Virus record (IMG/VR): IMGVR_UViG_3300037631_005960
Location: 1-40,998 of that record
Reading direction: 5' to 3' (one strand)
DNA: 40,998 nt
Origin: a virus
Taxonomy: Duplodnaviria > Caudoviricetes
Shown: one piece after another, positions 16,993-26,234 of the stretch
Numbering within the stretch: the stretch's first letter is position 1
Layout: each line of letters starts with the position of its first letter
The notes under the pieces: generated by a model
Databases searched by the model: none
What the model saw: only the letters and a program-made list of their open reading frames with translations
What the model was told of the DNA's origin: nothing
Translations under genes and position numbers: made by a program

Positions 16993-17610
16993 TTAAGCTG
17001 TTCGTTCCCAGACATACATACCGAATGCTGGAGGAAGATTGTTATGAGATTGACCACCACCGGCAGTTGTAGATTCTAGTGAAATGGCATAATCAGCATT
17101 CTTATGACTACCAACTCTCTGGCCTCCTGTAGGGTTTGGAATGCCTGTATAGTCTTTATGATCTACTACCGTCTCGTGAGTGTGAGCTGCAAGTTCATTT
17201 ACTGTTAAGGTATGCTCATATTCACCAGCTGTGTCTGTATCACCTGATGTTACTGTATGAGTTGCACCATTAATGTCAGTACCAGTACCAACACCAGCAA
17301 TAAATTGACCTTCTGCAACTTGAGTCCAAGATGTACCAGCCATACGAGATCCAGGGTTGTTATTGTCTTTAGAGAAGAATAACGAACCAACAGGGTAGAT
17401 AACATCAGCAATGGCAGAAGCAAAGTTAGCACCAAGCGTACCACTCACCTCAATACCTTCTCCTTCACGACCAACAGATAAAGCACTTTTATTACCGAAA
17501 CCATCATAGATGTCGGCTTTACCAGAAGCTGGGAGAGGAGCACCTTCTGCATGAAGAACACCAACGTAAGTCTCAGAGATGTTGGTATTAGTTAGTGATT
17601 GACTTGCCAT
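16993..17610 (-). CDS. Baseplate/short-fibre protein with T4 gp10 C-terminal-like domain (start ATG 17610)
   Basis: 'IYPVGSLFFS...NPG...SWTQ...GEYEHTLTVNELAAHTH...GGGQSHNNLPP..GMYVWERTA'. Confidence 0.8.
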   Translation of the reverse strand: MASQSLTNTNISETYVGVLHAEGAPLPASGKADIYDGFGNKSALSVGREGEGIEVSGTLGANFASAIADVIYPVGSLFFSKDNNNPGSRMAGTSWTQVAEGQFIAGVGTGTDINGATHTVTSGDTDTAGEYEHTLTVNELAAHTHETVVDHKDYTGIPNPTGGQRVGSHKNADYAISLESTTAGGGQSHNNLPPAFGMYVWERTA

Positions 17611-17615
17611 ACTTA

Positions 17616-17643
17616 TATTTAATACAGCAAGATGGATAAGCAA
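17616..17643 (-). promoter_or_regulatory. Late-type promoter TTGCTT-N16-TAAATA-N5-ATG
   Basis: Fills the intergenic gap 17611-17643. Confidence 0.8.
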
Positions 17644-19566
17644 TTAAATTTCTATAATTCCAGCAGAAGTATAAGAAGGTTGAACTTTAGATCCAACACC
17701 AGGTTGTACAAAATTCATTAACCTATCTTGTAGTTCATATACGAGAGCAAAGCAACGATTAAGAACACCTGTAAGGTTCTCTTCATTACCATGAACATAT
17801 AGATTCTCAAGCTCTTGAATTAAGAACTTATCAAACTCAACATTATAGTCGTAATCATCAAGCTCAAGAACATCATCTACATACTTACCGGTAAATCTAC
17901 CAATAATGTTATTCTTAAGAGTTAATGTATCGTTAACTACTTTAAAGAGTTCAGTATTAACAACAGACTGTTGAATGAATGAATCTGTATTCAAAGAGAA
18001 AGCAGCACTACCGTAGTTAGCATAGTTTTCATCTTTAAGAACTCTCTGATAAGCAGTATGGGTAGGTTCATTAAAGAAGTACAATCTACCATCAGTAAGC
18101 ATGATAGCTCTATCTGTACCATCTTGGGTTGGGAAGATGTTAAAGTTGTTAATGTTATAATCAAGAAGACCATCAACTGTAGTAGAGCTACCTGAAGAGT
18201 TAAGATTCCAGAAGAAGTTAGCATCAGCAAAGTTAGCATTAGTAAAGTTCCACCTGTTATTAGTAAAGGCGTCTTCACTTGGTCGTAGAAGGTAAAGTCT
18301 CTCACTTCTAAACTTACCGATAACCTCTTCAGGTCGAGTCTTGAACTTTTTATAAACAGTCAAGTTGGTTGAGAAATACCAGAAGTTACTATCTGTACCT
18401 GAGAATGTAACATCATTAACTACCTCTTCATCACCAAGCTTATCTTTAAGAGTTACTTTCTCTTTATCTTTAAAACTATCTCCACTAAAGCGATATAAGA
18501 AGGCTGTTCTATTTGTAATGTTATCAGTTGTTACATCTTTATAAGTTACAACATAGAAAGTACCAAAGTCAGGATCAAATGCCATACCACCAAATGTCTC
18601 AGTTCTAAGATCAATAGAAGTAATACGTGAGGTAAAGTTAAAGTCACTATCAAACAACTTAACGCAGAAGTTACCAGAATCAAGCACAGCAACCTTATCA
18701 TCGTAAGCAGCAAGCTTTGTAGGACGCAAGAACTTTGTCTGACGCTTACCATCACCAAAACCACCAACTAGCTCAATATAGTTTCTCTTATTCTTAAGAG
18801 CAGAGTCGTTGTTTTGATAACCTTCAATATCATACTTAAGTACTGTATTATTACCAGTATCAGAAACATATAGAAACTTATTGGTTGAAGCAAGACCACC
18901 AAGTTCAGCAAATGCTAAGTCGTTTTCTTCAGTTTCATAACCTGTAGAATCTTCAATAATCTTAATAGATGTACTTGAACCTGTTAAAGATATAAGGTTA
19001 GAAGATGTACAACAGAATAAAGAGAAGTTATTTGAATCATCATAATCTACCTGAGCAGTAGCATCAACAATATAACCAAAAGCACTTAAGAAGTTGTTAT
19101 CAGCGAACTTTACATTAGACTTAAATCTTGGATTATTTTGATCACTAACATTAATCTCAAAACCCGTTGAATAGGTATTTGGTGCTGATGCATATGTAAT
19201 GGTATCAGTAGCAGGTAGTTTATTAGAAGAAATAAACATACGAGAGTAGGCAAATGTATTATTCTCTCTAAGCTTATCTAACTTAAACTTAAATAGATCA
19301 AAATTAAAGTTATCATTAAGACTGAAAAGACAATCACTCTCTTTATTTGGAAGAATGTTTGGACTATCTGCAATTACTCTATCCTGAAAGTATGTTGTAT
19401 AGAAGAGATCAGTAGCATATGTAGACTTCGGTGAAAGAGTCTTACCAGTACTTACTTCGGTAGCAACACCATCCTTTAACTGAGCATAACCGCTAAAGTC
19501 GGCTCCTGTTAAAGTGAACAAGCTACCATCTGTATAGATCTTTTTGTATGTTGTATAATCAATCAT
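17644..19566 (-). CDS. Putative baseplate/virion protein with NHL-type beta-propeller
   Basis: 'FLYVSDTGNNTVLKY', 'F.RPTKLA', 'VAVLDSGNFCVKLFD'. Confidence 0.7.
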   Translation of the reverse strand: MIDYTTYKKIYTDGSLFTLTGADFSGYAQLKDGVATEVSTGKTLSPKSTYATDLFYTTYFQDRVIADSPNILPNKESDCLFSLNDNFNFDLFKFKLDKLRENNTFAYSRMFISSNKLPATDTITYASAPNTYSTGFEINVSDQNNPRFKSNVKFADNNFLSAFGYIVDATAQVDYDDSNNFSLFCCTSSNLISLTGSSTSIKIIEDSTGYETEENDLAFAELGGLASTNKFLYVSDTGNNTVLKYDIEGYQNNDSALKNKRNYIELVGGFGDGKRQTKFLRPTKLAAYDDKVAVLDSGNFCVKLFDSDFNFTSRITSIDLRTETFGGMAFDPDFGTFYVVTYKDVTTDNITNRTAFLYRFSGDSFKDKEKVTLKDKLGDEEVVNDVTFSGTDSNFWYFSTNLTVYKKFKTRPEEVIGKFRSERLYLLRPSEDAFTNNRWNFTNANFADANFFWNLNSSGSSTTVDGLLDYNINNFNIFPTQDGTDRAIMLTDGRLYFFNEPTHTAYQRVLKDENYANYGSAAFSLNTDSFIQQSVVNTELFKVVNDTLTLKNNIIGRFTGKYVDDVLELDDYDYNVEFDKFLIQELENLYVHGNEENLTGVLNRCFALVYELQDRLMNFVQPGVGSKVQPSYTSAGIIEI

Positions 19567-19567
19567 C

Positions 19568-22500
19568 TTAATACGTTTTAAAAATTACATCATTGATCTT
19601 AACACCAACTGGTGCAAAGCTATTAGCTTCAGCAAGTATAGATGTCTTAATCTGTTCCCTAACAGCTTCATCTGTAATCTTGAGATTGCGAACTACAATG
19701 TCAATGTTCTTAGAAGAGTTAGTTCTGTTAAACTTGAAGAACTGCTGAATCTCTGTCTTTGAAGTTCTTTGACCTGCAGGTATAGAAAGTACAATATCAT
19801 CAATCTTCTTCTCAAGCAAGAATAGGGCATAAACCAACTCAGTGCTAATTGCTTCATTATAGATATATGGGTTAGCAATTGTAAGATCTTTGCAATAGTA
19901 ATAACCAGGTTGTTTCAAGTATGTTGAAAGATCCATATTACTCTGGAAACCAGCAGTACCCATAAAGAACTCATCACTAAAGACATCTTGAATGAGATAC
20001 TTACCAGGAGAGAAGGTTTGGTTCTCATAAAGTACACCATTTACATAGAGTGAAGCATTACCTTGTTTAGTATCAAGTCTATAAGTAAAGTTGTAGAAGC
20101 CAGCTTCGAATACAGTCGGATCAAATACAATATTCTGTGTAAGAATATCTTCTGTATTGAGATAGTTCCTTAAGGTAAGCTTAAAGTCAATAGACTTGGC
20201 ATCATAGTTATGTGTAAGTGTATTATAGTTAGTGAGCTTCTTACCAGCAGTATTACTTGCAAGAGTACCTTCAATACCAAAAGCATCTAGTACTGGAGCT
20301 GTACCCTTAACACCATACAAGTTGTTATCAGGACCTTCAGCAAGGAAGATTGGATAAGTTACCTGCTCCCCATTAACATACTCATTAACCCAATCCACTG
20401 AAATGAATTGACCACCTGAAAGAGTTGTAATATCAGTTAATTGTTCTGATACTAATACTTCATCAATAGAACCTGAAAGTTCAAACACACCACTTGTATT
20501 GAATATATAATATTCATCAGATTTAATAGTATAGATCTTATCTTCTGCTACAACAAAGTCCTTAACACCACCCTTAAGGAAAGCTTCTGGAGCATCATCA
20601 AGGTTATGCTTAACAACATAAGAAGATACTTGATAGAATACTGTATTGTCATTCTCCCAGTTCTTATTCTTACCTACAAGCTTATATGTATTATCATTAT
20701 ACTCTAGAACATTATCATAAAGACAAAACTCGTTCTTATATACATCAAACTCTTCTGCAGTAACATCAGTAACTTCAAAGGTATCTAGATCGAAGCGCCT
20801 TACCTGTTGATCAGAAGAGATAAAGTCAATGTGTTCATGATTCTCATAGAAGCCATAGTAATCAAGAATCTCTGAACCACACTCAAGCTTAATCTTATTA
20901 CCTTGTGAGTTAACCTTATAAAATAAGTTACCAGCTGTAGTTACAACATAATCATCAAGAGCACTTCTCTTAAATACATTCTTAATCTTTGTCTTGAAGT
21001 CTACCTTATTAAGAAGAGTAAAGTCAGTATTGTAAATGTAAAGAGTATTCTCACTAACAACATGTACAAATGGTGTAACTGTCTGATCTTGGAATATACC
21101 AAAACCTCTATTAGTATTATTACCAAGAAGAGAGAAACCATACTTATGGTTAGGGTCAAGATACATGTTAAAACTAATAGTAAAGTTCTTAGTTTCATCT
21201 ACCTTCTTAGATACATCAAAGCATGTGAAGTTAGTTCCATCAAAGGTAAATTCAGAGCCTCTATAGTCGTTACAAATGTTTTCTGTCTCACCTCTAACTG
21301 TTTTAGATGTTGTATAACTATCAAAGCTAGATACTAATGGTGTAGAGCTTTCTACAATATTACGAACATCAGCATTACCAATACGCTCATACTTAACTTT
21401 AGTATTTGGTGTAATAGCAGCATCACTCTTCTTATCAAAGAACTTCTCTTTACCAAGAACAAGGTCAGATACATCAAAATCAATACCATCAACACTATCC
21501 AAGAAGGAAGGGCTAAAGTAAGAAGTAGCAGAAAGAGCAGCTTCTTTAGAGATCTTATCTGGGTAGTAATAACGATCAACCCAAAGTCCCTTTTCACCAA
21601 GAGTACCACCACTTAACCATGTGCAGAGATAACGACCATTATCATATTGAGTTGTATTCTTACGCTTAACTAAAACCTTATCAGAAAGCTTAGGAGTAGG
21701 ACCAGCAAAAGCACCATTAAAGACAAACTGTGAATCATTCACATTAAGCTTGTCATATGGATACATAGATGATGGAGCAGTAAAGTGTGTATCAGAACCA
21801 TTTGTTACAAATACATCTTTATCATAGAAACTATAGTTAAGATTAATCTTATTAAGACCTTTTTCTTGATCTACACCAGTTTCAATATTGTAATACTCTC
21901 TAGGATCAACACCAAGACCAACCTTACTATCAACCATGCTAGAACCACGCTTAACAAAGTTAAACTCTGAGCGGTTAGTATCAAGAGCAAAGTAGTTAAC
22001 AGGAAAACTGTCAGAAGAGATAGTATTGTAGTTTGTAGTAAACATGTACTGACCTTCTTCATCAGTATTACTATTCTCACCATCAAGTATAAGGTTAGTA
22101 GTTTTGAAGTTATTGTAACTTGCAAAGCTCTTATTAATAAACTCTTTGTTTTGATCTAAGTTGTAGTTAACATGAATAAGGTTATTAATACTACGGTTAA
22201 GATCACCGGATAAAAATGGCTGAAGGGTAAGTTCACCAGCACTTAAGGTAACAACTTGAAGCTTGGATTCGTAAAACTTATAAAGTTGGAGATAACCGTC
22301 ATCATCAAGAACATAGCGAAATACATCTGCACGCTCTCGTTCAATATTCTTATACTCATCTGTATTTTGGTAGAATACAAACTTATCAACATCTGTATTG
22401 TAGTTAAGATAGTAATCAAAAACACCATTGTTATGCTTAATACGGCAAAGGTTATTGTTGAGAGCTTCAATCTCGAAGAAGTAGTTATTCTCAAAAAATC

Positions 22501-22876
22501 CTGTTTTACCGAGTGGCTGAATGCCAATAGCTTTTTGTGAATCTGTAAAATCTTGTGTACTCTTGAAAATGTAGAAGTATTCATCTGGAGCATTAGCAGG
22601 TCGCTCAAAGCCAAGGGTTGTTACTAATGATGTAGACTGATCTTGTTCTAATGATGAAACAGATATAAAGTTCGTAAGCTTATCTCTATTTGTAAGGTAG
22701 TAGGAGCTATAGTTGTTAATGCTACTATCTTTAGCATTGGTAAAGGCATCAATCTTATTAACAGTAAAACCTTGCTCCAAAGTAGATTTTGCCTGTTTTA
22801 CAGAGATATACCTATCCTGATATTCAGCCTGAGGAAAGGATACTGCTGAAGTAGAATGAGTAAAGATGTTGGCCAT
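19568..22876 (-). CDS. Large putative baseplate protein with LamG/ConA-like segments
   Basis: 1102 aa; 'NFTISFNMY', 'YNFTYRLD...ASLYVNGVL' LamG-like; in baseplate cluster. Confidence 0.65.
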   Translation of the reverse strand: MANIFTHSTSAVSFPQAEYQDRYISVKQAKSTLEQGFTVNKIDAFTNAKDSSINNYSSYYLTNRDKLTNFISVSSLEQDQSTSLVTTLGFERPANAPDEYFYIFKSTQDFTDSQKAIGIQPLGKTGFFENNYFFEIEALNNNLCRIKHNNGVFDYYLNYNTDVDKFVFYQNTDEYKNIERERADVFRYVLDDDGYLQLYKFYESKLQVVTLSAGELTLQPFLSGDLNRSINNLIHVNYNLDQNKEFINKSFASYNNFKTTNLILDGENSNTDEEGQYMFTTNYNTISSDSFPVNYFALDTNRSEFNFVKRGSSMVDSKVGLGVDPREYYNIETGVDQEKGLNKINLNYSFYDKDVFVTNGSDTHFTAPSSMYPYDKLNVNDSQFVFNGAFAGPTPKLSDKVLVKRKNTTQYDNGRYLCTWLSGGTLGEKGLWVDRYYYPDKISKEAALSATSYFSPSFLDSVDGIDFDVSDLVLGKEKFFDKKSDAAITPNTKVKYERIGNADVRNIVESSTPLVSSFDSYTTSKTVRGETENICNDYRGSEFTFDGTNFTCFDVSKKVDETKNFTISFNMYLDPNHKYGFSLLGNNTNRGFGIFQDQTVTPFVHVVSENTLYIYNTDFTLLNKVDFKTKIKNVFKRSALDDYVVTTAGNLFYKVNSQGNKIKLECGSEILDYYGFYENHEHIDFISSDQQVRRFDLDTFEVTDVTAEEFDVYKNEFCLYDNVLEYNDNTYKLVGKNKNWENDNTVFYQVSSYVVKHNLDDAPEAFLKGGVKDFVVAEDKIYTIKSDEYYIFNTSGVFELSGSIDEVLVSEQLTDITTLSGGQFISVDWVNEYVNGEQVTYPIFLAEGPDNNLYGVKGTAPVLDAFGIEGTLASNTAGKKLTNYNTLTHNYDAKSIDFKLTLRNYLNTEDILTQNIVFDPTVFEAGFYNFTYRLDTKQGNASLYVNGVLYENQTFSPGKYLIQDVFSDEFFMGTAGFQSNMDLSTYLKQPGYYYCKDLTIANPYIYNEAISTELVYALFLLEKKIDDIVLSIPAGQRTSKTEIQQFFKFNRTNSSKNIDIVVRNLKITDEAVREQIKTSILAEANSFAPVGVKINDVIFKTY

Positions 22877-22882
22877 TATACT

Positions 22883-22910
22883 TATTTAATGGCAAAGTCT
22901 GCTTATACAA
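22883..22910 (-). promoter_or_regulatory. Late-type promoter TTGTAT-N16-TAAATA-N6-ATG
   Basis: Fills the intergenic gap 22877-22910. Confidence 0.8.
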
Positions 22911-23432
22911 TCAGTTATTTAGATAAGTTACGTATGTACGACCGTCAAATTTAGACTCAAGGTTAGCTACTGTATTAGAACCTGAAGCACCAGTCATTTG
23001 AGTAGACTGAATACCAAGCTTTTGAATATTGTCATAGTAACTTTCTCTTACAAGCTTGATTGGCTGGAAGATATTAGCATAGAACCCATTATTGTAATGT
23101 ACAAGGAACTGTGCTGTTAGAGAAGTAGCAAAAGAGCTTGTAAAGGTATCATAAGTATGCTCATAACTATCAAGAATAGTACCACCAACTTTACCATAGA
23201 GCATTTCATTAAAGATAGACTCTTTCTTATAGTTAAAGACGAGATCTTTCTGATTGAAGTTTACATCAGATCCATCACCCCAGTTAATGTCAAGAGTAAG
23301 TGCCTGATTAGCTTCTTCCTCAATACCAGTTAAGATGAATGTAATAGTAGGGTCACCTTTAAAGGCAATTTCCTCTTTAAGAACATCAGTATTCTCAGTA
23401 GTAGCAGAAAGGTTAATATAAATGGTACTCAT
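22911..23432 (-). CDS. Small structural protein, PKD-like
   Basis: 'LDINWGDGS...EHTY' PKD-like signature. Confidence 0.65.
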   Translation of the reverse strand: MSTIYINLSATTENTDVLKEEIAFKGDPTITFILTGIEEEANQALTLDINWGDGSDVNFNQKDLVFNYKKESIFNEMLYGKVGGTILDSYEHTYDTFTSSFATSLTAQFLVHYNNGFYANIFQPIKLVRESYYDNIQKLGIQSTQMTGASGSNTVANLESKFDGRTYVTYLNN

Positions 23433-26230
23433 TAGATTGTAAGGGTAAAGTTATCTTCATCTCTTGTAAATGTACCACCATTAGCAGAGATAGAACCGAA
23501 GTTTGACTTATCGCCAAATGTAGTTGTACGTGCAATATTATTTATTGTCTCATATCTATTTGAATCGATAGCACTCAAGGAATTGTCAACAAGCTTGAAT
23601 GAAACATCAACAAGGTGAGTAAAGTCGTTCATATCATTAGCAATGTATGTCAACTTGAAGAGGTCATTTCTGCTATTGTAAGCAATAGTAGGGGTATGAA
23701 TAGATGTAGGAACGTAGTTACGATATGTATCAAGAGCATCATTAAGTTCAAAGTCAGTAACTGAGTTACCAACATCCTTACGAGGATAGATCAAACGTGA
23801 CTTATTAGTATCAATAGAGTATTCGTAAATCTCTGGGTAGTAAGCTTTATAGTTATCAGCATCATTAGTACACTCACCATCTTGTCTAAACTTACCAAAG
23901 TAAATCTTACCTGTCTTTTCTACATAGAACCTATTAGTAAATGTATCAGTGTTATCAGCACTACTTGCAGAGTAGTAAGTATTAACAGTTCTTGGATTTA
24001 CAAACTCACCATCATCATACTTGATCTTATCTACAAGGAGACCTGACTTAGTCTCGAGGAAGATTGTATTCTGAATAATGTCAAAGTCTACAAGCTCATT
24101 ATTAATTTGAGATTGAACAGCTGTAGAGTATTTGCTAATTAGTGGTGCAAGAGCAGCTGAAAGTTTCTCTGATGTAGAATAAGTACCATTCTTAATGTAT
24201 AGTGTACCATCTAAAGTAGCCTTCTCTTCATTAGTAAGTGAAGTAGTACTTGAAGAGAGGTTAGAGAGAACTGAGCTAGCTCTTTCATCAACAGAGTCAA
24301 CAAATAGTAGGTTATCACCATATACAAAGTCGTTTGGAAGCTGCACATCATCTGAAAAGAAGCCACCATCATAATCTTTATAGCCAATACCAGCAGAAAG
24401 GTAGTATTTAACATCTGGGAAGAACTCATCATTCTGATCTACAGTAGCATCAGCACGAATCGTGTAGTGTGAGTTACCATTAGCATTGTCAGGAAGCTCT
24501 TTACCATCAAGGAAAGTAAGAGCACCACCATCTCTATACAATGGTACAATATTTCTTGAATCTTGAATAAGATCTTGATATGGGTAAAACTCTCTCATGT
24601 AGAAATACATAGGATTGTCTAATTCATCAAATCCATTAGTATTTGTACTTAAACCAGATCTAAATGTATTACCATTTTGACCAGTTAAGCTATAGTTGAA
24701 AGATGCACCTTCAAATTGATCAAAGAATACGTGACCATTTAAAAGTAAGTTCTTAACTGTATTGGAGATATCTTCTGCTCGTGGTTTAAGAGGCTCAGCC
24801 TTAAATAAGGCATACTCATTACCATATACATCTGTCTGATGCTTTGAAACGAGACCCTCATTATAGAGATCAGTAAAGTTAAGCTTATAACTGATATCAT
24901 TAAGATCTTTAAGCTGTGTAGTGTTACGTTCTTTAGTAGTAAAAGATTCGAAAGTAGTTACCTTATTTGTGGTCTTTGGATCACCAGCAGTAAAACCACT
25001 TGAAACGTTTCTTGTATTACCACGATGATCAAATTTGTAATATACAGGATAGTCAGCTTGTGGGTTAGTTGATACATTACCAAACTTAGCAGGATCTGGG
25101 AAGATGTAAACTTTATCTTCTTCTAAAGCAGAACGATCAATCTCGTAGTTATAAGTTTCAGCTTGAAGCTTAAAGAGACCAATATCATCAGGCTGGAAGT
25201 TAAGACCAACATCACGTAAAAGCTTTTGCTGACCACTTGGAACAGTAGCAGTATCAGCACCTTGTAAGTTAAGTGCATTAGCAGCTGGATTGTCAGCAGT
25301 AAACATTACACCAGATACAGCAGGAGAAGATGTTGTATCGATATAGTATACATCTGTACCAATATACTTTTGTACAAGCGCTCTCTTTAAAGCATAAAAC
25401 TCGTTAAGAGGAATACCGCCCTTTTTGTATTGATTGTAGAGCTGTACAAGTTCATTATCAGGATTACAAATAGCATCATACTCTTCTGGAGTAATAGCTG
25501 GTGGGTTAATGGTGAAAGTTCTAATAGCACCAATCCAATTCAACTCACCTGTAATGGCTTCAATACCATCTGGATCTAACCAATACTTAGAATCGATTTC
25601 GTTAATGTTGTTACCATCAGCTGTATCAGGTACATCAAAGTAGTCACCATATACATCTACAAACTCTTCGATCTCAACACCAAGACCTTGAACTGCCTTA
25701 AACACTTCATCATTCTCAGTATCAAGAGCATCTTCAGAGTTAAAGATAAAGTTATAGATGTTGTCGAAGATAGCTTTTTCAAGTCCAGTTTGTGAACCCT
25801 TCATCTTATTTCTATCAATAACATACTTACCTTCATCACGCTTCTTCTTATAGAAGAGAGCAATGTCTTTAAGTCTGTTAGCAAAGAAAGGAATAGCTAC
25901 ATCAAGGTCAGCAGGATCATTGAAGTTAATCTTTTCGAGGAATCTCTTCTCTGTCTCTGTAGTATAGTTAACTACAATCTCTTTAATAAACTGTCTGTAG
26001 TAATCCTTAAACTGCGTCTTTTGTTCTTCTTCAGAGCCACCTTGATCTGCATGCCACAACTGAAGATAAGAAGAGTAAAAGGAACTATACTCTTCAGGAG
26101 AATAATCTGCCTGAGTATTGTTAATGAAGTCCAAGAATGAGAAAGGAGCAACAGTATCCTTATAATCAACCTCATTTGGGTTAGTTATAGAATATTTAAC
26201 AAGTACTGTTCTTAATGATGTATCTGACAT
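23432..26230 (-). CDS. Large putative baseplate wedge protein
   Basis: 932 aa; helical N-terminus 'DPADLDVAIPFFANRLKDIALFY'; baseplate cluster. Confidence 0.65.
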   Translation of the reverse strand: MSDTSLRTVLVKYSITNPNEVDYKDTVAPFSFLDFINNTQADYSPEEYSSFYSSYLQLWHADQGGSEEEQKTQFKDYYRQFIKEIVVNYTTETEKRFLEKINFNDPADLDVAIPFFANRLKDIALFYKKKRDEGKYVIDRNKMKGSQTGLEKAIFDNIYNFIFNSEDALDTENDEVFKAVQGLGVEIEEFVDVYGDYFDVPDTADGNNINEIDSKYWLDPDGIEAITGELNWIGAIRTFTINPPAITPEEYDAICNPDNELVQLYNQYKKGGIPLNEFYALKRALVQKYIGTDVYYIDTTSSPAVSGVMFTADNPAANALNLQGADTATVPSGQQKLLRDVGLNFQPDDIGLFKLQAETYNYEIDRSALEEDKVYIFPDPAKFGNVSTNPQADYPVYYKFDHRGNTRNVSSGFTAGDPKTTNKVTTFESFTTKERNTTQLKDLNDISYKLNFTDLYNEGLVSKHQTDVYGNEYALFKAEPLKPRAEDISNTVKNLLLNGHVFFDQFEGASFNYSLTGQNGNTFRSGLSTNTNGFDELDNPMYFYMREFYPYQDLIQDSRNIVPLYRDGGALTFLDGKELPDNANGNSHYTIRADATVDQNDEFFPDVKYYLSAGIGYKDYDGGFFSDDVQLPNDFVYGDNLLFVDSVDERASSVLSNLSSSTTSLTNEEKATLDGTLYIKNGTYSTSEKLSAALAPLISKYSTAVQSQINNELVDFDIIQNTIFLETKSGLLVDKIKYDDGEFVNPRTVNTYYSASSADNTDTFTNRFYVEKTGKIYFGKFRQDGECTNDADNYKAYYPEIYEYSIDTNKSRLIYPRKDVGNSVTDFELNDALDTYRNYVPTSIHTPTIAYNSRNDLFKLTYIANDMNDFTHLVDVSFKLVDNSLSAIDSNRYETINNIARTTTFGDKSNFGSISANGGTFTRDEDNFTLTI

Positions 26231-26234
26231 AGTA

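Noticed and set aside
17611-17643. ORF-track extended starts (17643, also 3531, 4440, 6834, 8008, 30855)
   Set aside because: Extensions run through promoter elements or upstream genes; downstream ATGs fit promoter spacing or coupling.
26080-26091. AGGAACTATACT as another AGGAAC promoter
   Set aside because: Zero spacer instead of 5 nt, antisense within a structural gene.
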